A DNA stretch of 64,000 nt, from NCBI GenBank assembly GCA_016214265.1, contig JACROU010000037.1, positions 3,859 through 67,858 on the forward strand, written 5' to 3'. A model generated the notes under the pieces. That model saw only the letters and a program-made list of their open reading frames with translations. It did not search any database and was not told the origin of the DNA. This DNA is from Candidatus Omnitrophota bacterium. GTDB lineage: Bacteria > Omnitrophota > Omnitrophia > Omnitrophales > JACROU01. A program made the translations under genes and the position numbers. Shown in pieces: positions 38,793 to 51,049 of this stretch. The first letter of the stretch is position 1; each line of letters opens with the position of its first letter.

Positions 38793-40071
38793 AGTAAGTT
38801 TTGATTCTCTCAAACTGCATCCGAACCTCCTCAAAGGAATTCATAGTCTCGGATTTATACGCCCAACCCCTATTCAGGCGCAGGCCATTCCGCACATTTT
38901 GGCCGGCCGTGATTTGATCGGTTGCGCCCAGACGGGATCCGGAAAAACGGCGGCATTCGTTCTGCCTATTCTTCACAAGCTGCTCCACAGTCATCTGAAA
39001 AAAAATTGCCGCTCACTGATTTTAGCGCCGACGCGCGAGTTGGCGCTTCAATCGATGGATCACTTGAAGGCGCTCTCGAAGTTCGTGCATTTGCGCGGCA
39101 CCGCGATATTCGGCGGCGTGCCCATGCAGCCGCAAATCAAAGATCTGGAACGTGGGGTTGATATCATTTCAGCGACGCCCGGCCGGTTGCTTGACCACAT
39201 TTACGCTGGTCGCATTGATTTTGCCGATTTGGAAGTTTTTGTGCTGGACGAAGTGGATCGCATGCTCGACATGGGATTTCTTCCGGACATCAAAAGCATT
39301 TTGCGATTGCTGCCGCATAAACGTCAGAATCTGGTTTTCTCAGCGACGCTCGCGCCCGACATTCGCCGACTGGTGGATGAAATTTTGAAAGATCCCGTGG
39401 TGATTCAGATCGGCCGTCCGCAGACTGTCGCTGTGGGGCTTCGTCATGCTATTTATCCGGTGCCGAGACATTTGAAAACGGATCTTCTGTTGGAACTGCT
39501 CCACGGGCAAAAGATGACGTCGGTTCTGATTTTTTCGCGAACCAAACATTTTGCCGACAAGCTAGCCTCAATGTTGGAGCGTCGCGGACTAAAAGTGTCC
39601 GTGCTGCATGGCGACCGCAGTCAGGGACAGCGGCTCCGGGCATTGGAAAGTTTCCGTCAAGGCCGGAATCAAATTATGGTGGCCACCGATATCGCCGCGC
39701 GCGGCATCGACATCGATAACATTTCGCACGTCGTTAACTATGATATTCCCGCGACACCGGAAGATTACATTCACAGGATCGGCCGGACGGCGCGTGGGGA
39801 AGATGCTACCGGAGACGCTTTTTCGCTGGTGGACCGGGAAGAAGAACCGCTGGTCAAAGATATCGAGCGTGCACTCAAACAAACGTTGCCCAGAGTTACA
39901 CTGCCCGATTTTGATTATAAAAAATCAGCGCCTCCAAAAACTCATCATGAATCGCATCATCAGCGTCCGTCGCATCATGGCCCAAGAAGAAATCATTCTG
40001 GAGGCGGGGGCGGCGGGGGATCTCAGCATCGCCATGGCCGCGATCGCAGGGGCAATCGAGAAAGTCGTTGA
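38779..40071 (+). CDS. rhlE: DEAD-box ATP-dependent RNA helicase with RG-rich tail
   Basis: Q-motif. AQTGSGKTAAF, DEVD, SAT, HRIGRTAR. C-terminal GGGGGGGSQHRHGRDRRGN. Confidence 0.9.
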   Translation: MEPTEVSFDSLKLHPNLLKGIHSLGFIRPTPIQAQAIPHILAGRDLIGCAQTGSGKTAAFVLPILHKLLHSHLKKNCRSLILAPTRELALQSMDHLKALSKFVHLRGTAIFGGVPMQPQIKDLERGVDIISATPGRLLDHIYAGRIDFADLEVFVLDEVDRMLDMGFLPDIKSILRLLPHKRQNLVFSATLAPDIRRLVDEILKDPVVIQIGRPQTVAVGLRHAIYPVPRHLKTDLLLELLHGQKMTSVLIFSRTKHFADKLASMLERRGLKVSVLHGDRSQGQRLRALESFRQGRNQIMVATDIAARGIDIDNISHVVNYDIPATPEDYIHRIGRTARGEDATGDAFSLVDREEEPLVKDIERALKQTLPRVTLPDFDYKKSAPPKTHHESHHQRPSHHGPRRNHSGGGGGGGSQHRHGRDRRGNRESR

Positions 40072-40237
40072 CACAAACCCGCATAAAGTTTAGTCTACAA
40101 CACAGTTAATTGTTTTTATTTTCCGTTTTTTCAGAAAGGCCGGTTTTAGTTTTTTGTAATCCGTAAATGTTAATGATCTACAAGTTCCTACCTACACTCC
40201 AAATCAAGTTTCTTTTTCCTACGGTATCTTCCCAACA

Positions 40238-40654
40238 ATGATTGAAAATGGTAAGCGGGTTAAAATTCATTACACTTTGACCGTTGAGGGTTTTGTGGTG
40301 GACAGTTCCGAAGGACAGGAACCACTTCAGTACACTCAGGGCAATGGAGAAATTATCGTTGGTCTTGAAAGACAGCTTTTAGAATTAAATGTGGGCGACA
40401 GACGCGAGATCACGGTGTCTCCCGAAGATGGTTATGGCCTAGAAGATCCGGCTGCTTTTGTTGAAGTTGCCAAAGATCGTTTGCCGGAAGGGGACCTTCT
40501 TCCGGGGATGCAGTTTTTGGTGACGCGTCAGGACGGAAGCAAAATGCCGGTTACGATTACGGAAGTTAAAGAAGATTCGGTCATCCTGAATTTAAATCAT
40601 CCGCTGGCGGGCAAAGAGCTTATTTTTACCATTGAGATTATTGCGATTGATTAG
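40238..40654 (+). CDS. FKBP-type peptidyl-prolyl isomerase (SlyD/FkpB-like)
   Basis: KIHYTLTVEGFVVDSS...EGDLLPGMQF FKBP fold with IF insert. Confidence 0.8.
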   Translation: MIENGKRVKIHYTLTVEGFVVDSSEGQEPLQYTQGNGEIIVGLERQLLELNVGDRREITVSPEDGYGLEDPAAFVEVAKDRLPEGDLLPGMQFLVTRQDGSKMPVTITEVKEDSVILNLNHPLAGKELIFTIEIIAID

Positions 40655-40709
40655 CATTTGAAATTATCATTGTAGGTGTAGTAGAAGTGTAACAAATAAA
40701 GAAAGGAAC

Positions 40710-40916
40710 ATGAACATGGCAAAAGGTACCGTAAAGTGGTTTAACGATTCAAAAGGATATGGCTTCATTACTCCCGAGAATGGAAAAGATGTATTCGTGC
40801 ATCATTCCGCGATTTTGGGCGAAGGATTCAAAACACTGAAAGAGGGTGAAGTGGTCAGTTTTGAAATCGTTGCCGGTCCCAAGGGTGATCAAGCGGTTAA
40901 TGTCAAGCGCGGGTAA
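40710..40916 (+). CDS. cspA: Cold-shock protein, CspA family
   Basis: [15 protein letters not shown] and [11 protein letters not shown] motifs. Confidence 0.9.
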   Translation: MNMAKGTVKWFNDSKGYGFITPENGKDVFVHHSAILGEGFKTLKEGEVVSFEIVAGPKGDQAVNVKRG

Positions 40917-41012
40917 TTAATCCAGCTGCTCGTCAATCGCATACTTTAAAAGGGCGGGGTCATTTACTTGGCTCCGCCCTTTTTTTTCGAACAATTTCAA
41001 CAGGAGACGTTC

Positions 41013-41633
41013 ATGAACCGCCAGGTTTCCACCGACAAAGATTCTCTCAGAGAAAAAACGCTCGAAGTGACCAAGCGCCACAAGGCCTCATGGGTTGAGC
41101 TGGGCCAATATCTTTATTCGATTTATCACGACAAAATGTACAAAGATTGGGGATTCTTGTCTTTCGAGGCATATTGCTGGAAAGAGCTGCGTCTGAAACA
41201 GCCGACGGCGATGAAGCTTCTGAAATCCTATTATTTTCTTGAGAAGGAAGAGCCCAAGTTTTTGAACGAAGCCAGTTCCCCGGAAACGGCGCCGCGGGAA
41301 ATTCCAAATTATGAGTCGGTGAATTTGTTGAGGCTCGCCAAAGAAAATAAAAGTGTGACTGAAAGCGATTACCGGGATTTGCGCGAAGTGGTGATCGAGA
41401 AAGCCAGTGAGCCGAAAGAGGTGCGGGCTCAGGTGAAAAAAATCATTGCCGAGCAGGAAGAAGAAAAAAATCCCGCCGAGGTTCGTAAATCACGAAGAAA
41501 TTCTGCGATCAAGAGACTGATCACAGTTTTGGCCAGCGCCAAGCGGCAGTTGGCCAGCGAGAATCTCATTCCCGAACATCTCGTCAAACAAATTGACGCT
41601 TTGACGGCAAAGCTCGAAGATCAGCTGGAATAA
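41013..41633 (+). CDS. Hypothetical protein (charged, helical), unknown function
   Basis: ORF with internal ATG at 41013 preceded by AGGAG. No recognisable motif. Confidence 0.35.
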   Translation: MNRQVSTDKDSLREKTLEVTKRHKASWVELGQYLYSIYHDKMYKDWGFLSFEAYCWKELRLKQPTAMKLLKSYYFLEKEEPKFLNEASSPETAPREIPNYESVNLLRLAKENKSVTESDYRDLREVVIEKASEPKEVRAQVKKIIAEQEEEKNPAEVRKSRRNSAIKRLITVLASAKRQLASENLIPEHLVKQIDALTAKLEDQLE

Positions 41634-41653
41634 CCGAGAAGGTAGCCGCAATA

Positions 41654-41687
41654 AAAGGTTCCTGGAACCTAGGTTCCAGGAACCTTT
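41654..41687. terminator. Perfect 34-nt palindrome AAAGGTTCCTGGAACCTAGGTTCCAGGAACCTTT between convergent genes
   Basis: Self-complementary. Placed at convergent 3' ends. The core AGGTTCCTGGAACCT recurs at 61951-61965, also between convergent genes. Confidence 0.4.
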
Positions 41688-42357
41688 AACTGGAATGAAG
41701 ATATTCTTCGAGGGTGTCGGCGATGGCGTTACCTATTTTCCGGTATCCCGTGATGTCGGGATGAAGACCGTCAGGTGATGCGGCTAAAAACCCATGTTTT
41801 TCGGGGTCTTCGACGATGCTGAATGTGTCACAAAATCCCAACCCCTTTTCTTGCGCGTAAAATTTAATCCAGCGATTCAGCACCATCATATCGTCCAGTA
41901 CGTCTGGAGTTATGTTATTGTAGGGCAGAAGAGTGCAGGCAATGACCTTGATATTTTTTTCGAGGGCCATCGCATAAATCTTTTTTAAATTTTCCTGAAC
42001 TTCTTCAACCGGCCGGCCTTGATACAAATCATTCACACCTGCCAGCACGATAACGACTTCCGGTTTGTAGGGAAGCGCTTCTGAATCGAATTTCCTCAAA
42101 ATTTTATCCGACCGCCAGCCATTGACACCGCGGTTGATGACCTGCCACTCCGGGTGCCGTTGCATGATCCAGTATTCATACTGGCTTTGAGGATTCCCCG
42201 CGCCATCCGGTGGAGCTTCTGCCGGAGAGCGGAATCCCGGTGTTCCCGCTGTCGTGGAATCGCCCAGAGCTACAATGGTTACGGCTTTATCTGCGATAGC
42301 AGCCAATAACAGAATAGCTAGTGCCAAAATCAATAAAATGAGCAGTATTCTCTTCAT
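41686..42357 (-). CDS. Secreted SGNH/GDSL-family hydrolase (arylesterase/lipase-like)
   Basis: Signal peptide. GDSTTAG block I, GVNDL block III, DGLHP block V. Confidence 0.75.
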   Translation of the reverse strand: MKRILLILLILALAILLLAAIADKAVTIVALGDSTTAGTPGFRSPAEAPPDGAGNPQSQYEYWIMQRHPEWQVINRGVNGWRSDKILRKFDSEALPYKPEVVIVLAGVNDLYQGRPVEEVQENLKKIYAMALEKNIKVIACTLLPYNNITPDVLDDMMVLNRWIKFYAQEKGLGFCDTFSIVEDPEKHGFLAASPDGLHPDITGYRKIGNAIADTLEEYLHSS

Positions 42358-42383
42358 AGGAATTACCCTAAGAATCGGCTAAA

Positions 42384-43703
42384 ATGCACCTTTTATCCAG
42401 TGGAGAAAAGATGATTCTGCGCGCGTTGTCCCACCAAAATTATCGCCTATTTTTCAGCGGGCAATCAGTGTCGCTTATCGGCACATGGATATCCCGGGTG
42501 GCGATGAGCTGGCTGGTGTACCGTTTGACGGATTCAGCGTTTGTTCTTGGTGTGGTCGGATTTGCCAATCAAATCCCCACATTTTTTCTGGTGCCGTTTG
42601 CCGGTGTGCTCGTGGATCGTTGGAGCCGGCACCGGATGCTGGTGATGACACATTCGCTTCTGATGGCGCATTCATTTATCTTGGCGGTTCTGGCACTCAC
42701 GCACACTATTCAAGTTTGGCAAATTATTTTACTTAGCATTCTTCAGGGAATTATTCACTCGTTTGAAATCCCGGCCCGGCAGTCTTTCGTTTCAGAAATG
42801 GTGGGGAAAAAAGAAGATTTGGCCAATGCCATTGCGCTTAACTCCTCGCTGTTCAACGCGACGCGTCTGGTCGGTCCCGCTTTGGCCGGAGTTTTAATTT
42901 CCGCCTTGGGTGAGGGGATGTGTTTTTTGCTGGACGGAATTAGTTATATCGCAGTGATCGTTTCATTGCTTTCCATGACGATTATTCCAAGACCCATAAA
43001 AAATATAAAAACCAATGTATTTCAGGGAATCAAAGAAGGAATCGATTTTGCTTTTGGTTTTGCGCCGGTTCGAGCCATCCTTCTTCTGGTTGCGTTGGCC
43101 AGCCTGACGGGAATTTCGTACACTGTATTATTGCCGGTGATCGCCCGGGACGTGCTGCACGGAGACGCGCATATTCTGGGGGTGCTTACGTCTGTTGCGG
43201 GATTTGGTGCGTTGATGGGCGCGCTTTATCTGGCTTCTCGAAAATCGGTACGGGGACTTGGACAATACATCGCGATTTCTTCGGGGCTTGCCGGTCTGGG
43301 ACTTATCTTTTTTGCTCTGTCACATGCGCTGTGGTTTTCGCTTGTGACCATTTTTGTGGTAGCTTTTGGTTTTATGATTCAGCTGGCGTCTTCGAATACG
43401 GTGATACAAACAGTCGTCGATGAAGATAAACACGGCCGTGTTCTCAGTCTTTATATTTTGGCGCTTATGGGGATGTCCCCTTTTGGTAATTTACTTGCGG
43501 GTTGGTTAGCGTATAAAATCGGGGCTGGAAATACCTTGATCATCGGCGGTATTTCCTGTATTACCGGAGCTTTTCTGTTTGCGATAAAATTACCCGAGTT
43601 CCGGGAAAAAATCCGGCCGATTTATATCAAAAAAGGAATTATTCCCGAGGTGGCAAAAGGAATTCAGGAAGCCGAGAAAGCAGCTGAGTTGACTCAGGAT
43701 TAA
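42384..43703 (+). CDS. MFS transporter (EntS-like family)
   Basis: 12 predicted TM. MFS loop motifs. Confidence 0.75.
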   Translation: MHLLSSGEKMILRALSHQNYRLFFSGQSVSLIGTWISRVAMSWLVYRLTDSAFVLGVVGFANQIPTFFLVPFAGVLVDRWSRHRMLVMTHSLLMAHSFILAVLALTHTIQVWQIILLSILQGIIHSFEIPARQSFVSEMVGKKEDLANAIALNSSLFNATRLVGPALAGVLISALGEGMCFLLDGISYIAVIVSLLSMTIIPRPIKNIKTNVFQGIKEGIDFAFGFAPVRAILLLVALASLTGISYTVLLPVIARDVLHGDAHILGVLTSVAGFGALMGALYLASRKSVRGLGQYIAISSGLAGLGLIFFALSHALWFSLVTIFVVAFGFMIQLASSNTVIQTVVDEDKHGRVLSLYILALMGMSPFGNLLAGWLAYKIGAGNTLIIGGISCITGAFLFAIKLPEFREKIRPIYIKKGIIPEVAKGIQEAEKAAELTQD

Positions 43704-43754
43704 ATTTGGTGAGAAGGTATCTGATACCTTCTTCGTAAAAAAAGGAGAATCTTA

Positions 43755-44069
43755 ATGAAAAAAATAATGATGGTATTTGTGTTGTCGGGTTTTTTGTTTA
43801 ATTTTTCGGGTTTGGCGCTGGCGGGTGATGCCTGTTGTCCTCAAGGTGCCAACCCCGGCACGGCTCAAAGCGCTCCAACAAAGGAGTGGGTTCTTCAGAA
43901 GCGACACGACCGGCTTGAAAGGAAAATTGCTCAAGCGAAAGAACGTAGAGAGAAACTGGTGGCTGACAAAGCTTCACAAGAGAAACTGGCGAAAATTGAT
44001 GCCCGGATCTCCAAGCTCCAAACCAGCCTGGATGAGGTAAATGCCAAGCTGGCAACGCCTCAGCAATAA
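43755..44069 (+). CDS. Small secreted coiled-coil protein with Cys-Cys near the N-terminus
   Basis: GGAG RBS. Signal peptide. KERREKLVADKASQEKLAKIDARISKLQ heptads. Confidence 0.4.
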   Translation: MKKIMMVFVLSGFLFNFSGLALAGDACCPQGANPGTAQSAPTKEWVLQKRHDRLERKIAQAKERREKLVADKASQEKLAKIDARISKLQTSLDEVNAKLATPQQ

Positions 44070-44083
44070 TCCTCTTTCCCAAA

Positions 44084-44126
44084 AAGGTAGCGGCCTACCT
44101 TGTTCTCCAAGGTAGGCCGCTACCTT
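44084..44126 (+). terminator. Perfect 18-bp stem / 7-nt loop hairpin downstream of 43755..44069
   Basis: AAGGTAGCGGCCTACCTT-gttctcc-AAGGTAGGCCGCTACCTT. No U-tract, so it may act as a stability element rather than a classic intrinsic terminator. Confidence 0.4.
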
Positions 44127-44217
44127 TCTTCCAACGTTAACACCTATTAACCTCATTTTAAGATTGTCTTTATATCTTCCTGCGAGAGTTCTAACGAATA
44201 GCGAAGGGAGAAGTAAG

Positions 44218-45081
44218 ATGAGAGCATCGATTCGTGGTAATGAATGGAAACAAGCGGCCGGAAAAAGAAGAATACATTTCTTGATTGCCGGTTTGTTGGC
44301 TTTCGTTTTTGTAGCGGTATTTCTGATTCCTGAAAAATTCATTCAAGCGCAATCCATATCAATTCTTCCGGGGATGAAACAATCTTCGGGCATAGTAGAT
44401 AAGGTTGTTCCCCAGGAAAGAAATCCAAAATTTTTGACTCAACGGGTTCAAGAGCGGACATCGGCGTTATCTCCTCGTTCAAAGGTCTCTAACGAGATCG
44501 CAACAACTTCAGTTTCTATTTTGAATGAGGCTGTGACAATAAAGCGGGAGGAGGGCCTGCTTCAGAAGTCATTGACTGATGTCCGCTCTAAATTTATTCC
44601 ATCTCAAGTTCCAGTCGCTCCTCGCGTTAAAGAAATTCCGAAAGCGGTTGAGACGAACACGATTGTCATTCCTCAAAAACTTGAGGTGTTGTCAGCGGCT
44701 CTCATCAATCAAAACATCAAAGGCCTGGCTGGATTAAAGCTGGATCAATTCATGAGTGACTATCTTGCCGCCATTGGTGTTGAGTTGGGCGCCTGGATGG
44801 AAGACAACGGAAAAGAGCAATATTTTCTTGATTTGTTCAAAATCAAAGGACCTTGGGTTCTGGTGTTTTTGGCGATGTCGCCGACCAGCATGCACGAATA
44901 TATGCAGGATCTGGATTTGCCGAGTTCGGTAGGGGATATTCTCGAAGCCAAAAAACTCCGGGTCAATATGACTATTGAACAGCACGGCCGCGACATTCTG
45001 GTGGAAACTCAGGGTGCCTATGACATGTGGATTACCTTCCGAATCAATGAAAACAATCAGGTATCTGTCGAGAAAGAGTAA
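44218..45081 (+). CDS. Hypothetical N-terminally membrane-anchored protein
   Basis: GGGAGAAG RBS. Single TM (IHFLIAGLLAFVFVAVFLI). No known motifs. Confidence 0.4.
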   Translation: MRASIRGNEWKQAAGKRRIHFLIAGLLAFVFVAVFLIPEKFIQAQSISILPGMKQSSGIVDKVVPQERNPKFLTQRVQERTSALSPRSKVSNEIATTSVSILNEAVTIKREEGLLQKSLTDVRSKFIPSQVPVAPRVKEIPKAVETNTIVIPQKLEVLSAALINQNIKGLAGLKLDQFMSDYLAAIGVELGAWMEDNGKEQYFLDLFKIKGPWVLVFLAMSPTSMHEYMQDLDLPSSVGDILEAKKLRVNMTIEQHGRDILVETQGAYDMWITFRINENNQVSVEKE

Positions 45082-45148
45082 GGCAACGCGGCACTTTTTG
45101 AAGAAAAGGTATCCGGTACCTGCTAAAATACCCGCCAATTAATGCACT

Positions 45149-45802
45149 ATGAATCAACAATCCATTCTTAACAAAACGGTTGAGCACGTAAAGAAAACTT
45201 TGTCAGGCGAAGGGTCCGGCCATGACTGGTGGCATATTTACCGCGTGTGGCAGAATGCCCGTGAGATTGGTGTGCGCGAGAAGGCCGATATGTTCGTCGT
45301 CGAGTTGGCCGCGCTCTTACACGATATTGCCGATTGGAAATTTCATGGCGGCGATGATTCGAAAGGCCCGAAGGCCGCGCGCGAATGGATGATTTCCTGC
45401 GGGGTGGATGAAATAACTATTCAGCATGTTTGCGAAATTATTTCCGAGATATCCTTCAAAGGCGCTGGTGTTGCTTCCAAAATCAACACCAAAGAGGGCA
45501 TGGTGGTTCAGGACGCCGATCGTCTTGACGCGATTGGCGCCATCGGTATTGCCCGCACGTTTGCTTACGGCGGTCACAAAGGTCGGGAAATGTACAACCC
45601 CGAGATTAAGCCAGAACAGCATGATACATTTGATCAGTACAAAAAAAATTCCGGTCCTACCGTTAATCATTTTTATGAAAAACTTTTGCTTCTCAAAGAT
45701 CGAATGAATACCCGTTCGGCGCGCGAGCTTGCCGAAAGCCGGCATCGGTTTATGGAGGAATTCTTGGTTCGTTTTTACGCAGAATGGGAAGGTCGGCAGT
45801 GA
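45149..45802 (+). CDS. HD-domain metal-dependent phosphohydrolase
   Basis: H...HD...D motif (WWHIYRVW...LLHDIAD...DADRLDA). Confidence 0.75.
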   Translation: MNQQSILNKTVEHVKKTLSGEGSGHDWWHIYRVWQNAREIGVREKADMFVVELAALLHDIADWKFHGGDDSKGPKAAREWMISCGVDEITIQHVCEIISEISFKGAGVASKINTKEGMVVQDADRLDAIGAIGIARTFAYGGHKGREMYNPEIKPEQHDTFDQYKKNSGPTVNHFYEKLLLLKDRMNTRSARELAESRHRFMEEFLVRFYAEWEGRQ

Positions 45803-47367
45803 ATCGAAAAGTCTATCTGATCGCCGCTTTGTTGATTGTTCTTGCCGGCGCCTTGATTAATTTTAAGGTTCTGCGCGGGGGGCAAAGCCTTAGCCCGGAA
45901 GTCACGCGGCATTTGTGGCGTGTCAAAATTATCGCTAATATTACCGGCAAAGGCGAGCATGCACGGGTACGTTTGACACTGCCCAAAAATAATGCGCATC
46001 AGAAAATCTATAACGAGCATTTCGAAAACGATGAAATGGTTTTTTACGTGCGGACTCAGGTGAAGTCTGGAAATCGCATCGGCACTTGGCGTGCGGAAAT
46101 TTTGGACGGCTCCAAATCCCTTCAGTACACATTCTCGGCGCAGCTCAGAAGAATCCAGTACGAAATTCCTGAAAATCTAACGCTCCCCGAAAATCCCGAA
46201 AAAGCATATCCGCCCGAGATGAAACAGTGGCTGGATCCCTCAAAGTTTATTCAATCAAAAGATCTTCTGATTCAGGATCATTTAAAAGCAATCATCGGCC
46301 ATGATAAAAATGTTGCCCAGGACATACGGAAAATTTTTAATTTTGTGCATGGCGATATCCGGTATCAGACGGAAAAGAAAAGCAAAGACGCGAAGGAAAC
46401 CTTGCTTAATCTGGAGGCCAATTGCGGCGGCAAGGCCAGGCTTTTTGCTGCGCTGGCTCAGGCGGCAGGAATTCCCACGCGCCTTGTCGGCGGCATGATT
46501 ATGACGCCCAGCATCAAAACGATTACGCATGTGTGGGTGGAAAGTTATATCGGCGGGAAATGGATTCCCTTCGATGTGGTAAATAATTATTTTGCGTACA
46601 TGCCCAATCATTATGTGGAGCTTTATCGCGGCGATTATCCGCTTTTCAAACACGTGGGACTTTTGAAATTCGATTATTATTTTGTGATCACGAAAGAGCG
46701 GATCCCGCCGCTTGATAATCCCTGGTCGCTTTATGTCCTGCCGATTCATTTTCAGAAAATGATCAAAGTGCTGCTTCTGATTCCCCTGGGTGCTGTGATC
46801 GTGGCGTTATTCCGGACGATCGTTGGAATTCCCACTTTCGGTACGTTTGCGCCGGTTCTGCTGGCGCTTGCGTTTCGCGAAGTGTCGCTTGGCGTGGGGC
46901 TGCTTTTTCTGGCGATGGTTGTTGCGATCGGATGCGCGTTCCGGAATTTGCTGGACTGGCTGAAAATTTTGGTGATACCGCGGCTTTCGATTGTGGTGAC
47001 ACTCGTAATTATGGTAGTGCTTGCGTCGCTGGTGCTTTTCTATCAGATCGGTCAGCAGAGGGTGCTTTACGTGACGCTCTTTCCGATGATTATCATCACC
47101 TGGACCATCGAACGGTTTTCCGTGCTTCAGATTGAAGACGGCACGCGAGCGGCCATTCAAAGTGCCGTCGGCACCGCGATTGTTGCGACCGCCGCCTATT
47201 TTGTGATGGGCATTCGCACGGTGCGGATTTATCTGTTTGCGTTTCCCGAACTTCTTTTGGTGATTATGGCGGTGCTGTTAATTTTGGGCCGCTACACAGG
47301 AATCCGCTTTTCGGAACTCTATCGTTTCCGGGAGTTTTACAATATTAGCGGCAGAAAAAAACTATGA
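45784..47367 (+). CDS. Transglutaminase-like domain fused to C-terminal 7-TM domain (7TM-TGase family)
   Basis: Cys-His-Asp candidate triad (EANCGGKARLF ... HVWVE ... D) followed by seven hydrophobic helices. Start overlaps the HD-gene end. Confidence 0.65.
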   Translation: MGRSAVNRKVYLIAALLIVLAGALINFKVLRGGQSLSPEVTRHLWRVKIIANITGKGEHARVRLTLPKNNAHQKIYNEHFENDEMVFYVRTQVKSGNRIGTWRAEILDGSKSLQYTFSAQLRRIQYEIPENLTLPENPEKAYPPEMKQWLDPSKFIQSKDLLIQDHLKAIIGHDKNVAQDIRKIFNFVHGDIRYQTEKKSKDAKETLLNLEANCGGKARLFAALAQAAGIPTRLVGGMIMTPSIKTITHVWVESYIGGKWIPFDVVNNYFAYMPNHYVELYRGDYPLFKHVGLLKFDYYFVITKERIPPLDNPWSLYVLPIHFQKMIKVLLLIPLGAVIVALFRTIVGIPTFGTFAPVLLALAFREVSLGVGLLFLAMVVAIGCAFRNLLDWLKILVIPRLSIVVTLVIMVVLASLVLFYQIGQQRVLYVTLFPMIIITWTIERFSVLQIEDGTRAAIQSAVGTAIVATAAYFVMGIRTVRIYLFAFPELLLVIMAVLLILGRYTGIRFSELYRFREFYNISGRKKL

Positions 47368-48308
47368 TCCAGTTTCTTCGAACGTTTTATCAAGCGGGTC
47401 TCCTTGGCATGAACCGGCGAAACGGCAATTACACCCTCGTGCGCAACCCAAGAAAACTTTATCCTTTTGTGGATGATAAGCTGAAAACTAAGGAGTTGCT
47501 GATCGCCAATGGCATTGCCTCGCCGGAGCTGTATTTCACCATCGAGCGCAATTCTGAATTAAATAACCTGAGCCGGCTGAACATGTTCAAAGATTTTGTG
47601 ATCAAACCAGCCCGTGGGGCGGCGGGCCGCGGTATTTTTGTGATTGTCGATAAAGTCGGCGATTACTGGAAAAAGGCAAGCGGCGAGCTGGTATCGATGG
47701 AAGACATTGAGTATCACGTCACCAACATTATTGCCGGACTGTATTCGCTGGGTGGCGTGAGCGACCGGGCGTTTGTGGAATATCGGGTGCAAAGTCATGA
47801 AGTGTTTCTTCCCGTCACCTTTCAAGGCGTTCCAGATATTCGGATGATTCTTTATCGCGGGGTGCCCGTGATGTCGATGCTACGTCTGCCGACGAAAGAA
47901 TCTGGCGGCCGGGCGAATTTGCATCAGGGTGCCGTGGGCGCTGGTGTTGACATGCTGGACGGCGTGACGCTTGGCGGTGTTTATCACGATCAATTGATTG
48001 AACATCATCCGGATACGAATGTTTCTATCCGGGGAATTAAAATTCCTTTTTGGCCGGAGCTTCTGGAAGCGGCAGCGAAAATTTATGATGTGTTCAAACT
48101 GGGATATGTCGGCGTTGATTTTGTCATTGATCAAGAGCTGGGCCCGCTGATTCTTGAGCTGAACGCCCGGCCGGGCCTTAATATTCAGCTTGCCAACCGG
48201 ACAGGGCTGCTGCCCCGGCTTAATGCGATCGATCGATGGGGTGGTTTAGTCGAAAATCTGGCTTGGGAAAAGAGAATGGAAATCTCACGAAAAGTGATTA
48301 AGCTGTAA
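47364..48308 (+). CDS. Alpha-L-glutamate ligase-like ATP-grasp protein (RimK-related)
   Basis: ATP-grasp features. Overlaps the stop of the 7TM-TGase gene. This is the known pairing of these two families. Confidence 0.65.
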   Translation: MIQFLRTFYQAGLLGMNRRNGNYTLVRNPRKLYPFVDDKLKTKELLIANGIASPELYFTIERNSELNNLSRLNMFKDFVIKPARGAAGRGIFVIVDKVGDYWKKASGELVSMEDIEYHVTNIIAGLYSLGGVSDRAFVEYRVQSHEVFLPVTFQGVPDIRMILYRGVPVMSMLRLPTKESGGRANLHQGAVGAGVDMLDGVTLGGVYHDQLIEHHPDTNVSIRGIKIPFWPELLEAAAKIYDVFKLGYVGVDFVIDQELGPLILELNARPGLNIQLANRTGLLPRLNAIDRWGGLVENLAWEKRMEISRKVIKL

Positions 48309-48339
48309 GGGTGTCACCAGTCAAAAGGAGAAGCTATTC

Positions 48340-50346
<2,007 letters not shown>

Positions 50347-50374
50347 AATAATAGTAAGAAGAGAGGTTGGTACG

Positions 50375-51049
50375 ATGGCGCTGAAATTAAAAGATATTCC
50401 CTTATTTCATGGTCTTTCTGAAAGCGAACTTGCAGTAGTAAGACTCTGCTTGAAAGAGAAAACGTTCCAAAAAGGCGAGCTTCTATTTAATGAAGGGAAA
50501 TCCTGCGAGCGGGTGTTCATCGTTCAGCAGGGTCGCGTGAAACTGTACCGGATCGCCTCGTCGGGCCGCGAGCAAATTCTTGAAACCTTGGGGCCCGGTG
50601 ATACATGCGCCTGCAATCCCGGCGCCCAGGTTTGGTGTTGTACGACAACTGCGGAAGCGGTGACGCCGTGCAAGGTGTGGTTTTTGTCGCGGGAAGATTA
50701 TGTGAAAATGGTGCAAACCAATTCAAAAGTCAGCCAGGCCCTCAACCGGCTTTTTGCGGACCGTCTGAAAGCCTTCAGTTCACTTATCGAGGAAGTTTCG
50801 CTTAAAGACGTCAAAAAACGCCTCATCAAATTTCTTTTAGAGATGCACGCTGAGCGGAAAAGAAAATACGGGCAGGGTGACGCGATGTTTATTCCTTTCA
50901 CGCGCGAAGAAATTGCCCAAAGAATCGGTTCGGCCCGTGAGACAGTGGTGCGTTATCTTATGCAGTTGAAACGTTGTAAGCTCATCGATTTAAAACCGCA
51001 TCAAATTATCATTTGCGATCAGCACGGCCTCGAAAAACTCCTTCAGTAA
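50375..51049 (+). CDS. Crp/Fnr-family transcriptional regulator (cNMP-binding + C-terminal HTH)
   Basis: LFHGLSESELAVV...FNEGKSCERVFIVQQGRVKLY cNMP fold. C-terminal HTH REEIAQRIGSARETVVRYL. Confidence 0.8.
   Translation: MALKLKDIPLFHGLSESELAVVRLCLKEKTFQKGELLFNEGKSCERVFIVQQGRVKLYRIASSGREQILETLGPGDTCACNPGAQVWCCTTTAEAVTPCKVWFLSREDYVKMVQTNSKVSQALNRLFADRLKAFSSLIEEVSLKDVKKRLIKFLLEMHAERKRKYGQGDAMFIPFTREEIAQRIGSARETVVRYLMQLKRCKLIDLKPHQIIICDQHGLEKLLQ

Noticed and set aside
39990-40030. G-rich run GGAGGCGGGGGCGGCGGGGGATC that might be a slippage tract
   Set aside because: It encodes the Gly/Arg-rich C-terminal tail common in DEAD-box helicases. In frame and followed by further RG repeats.
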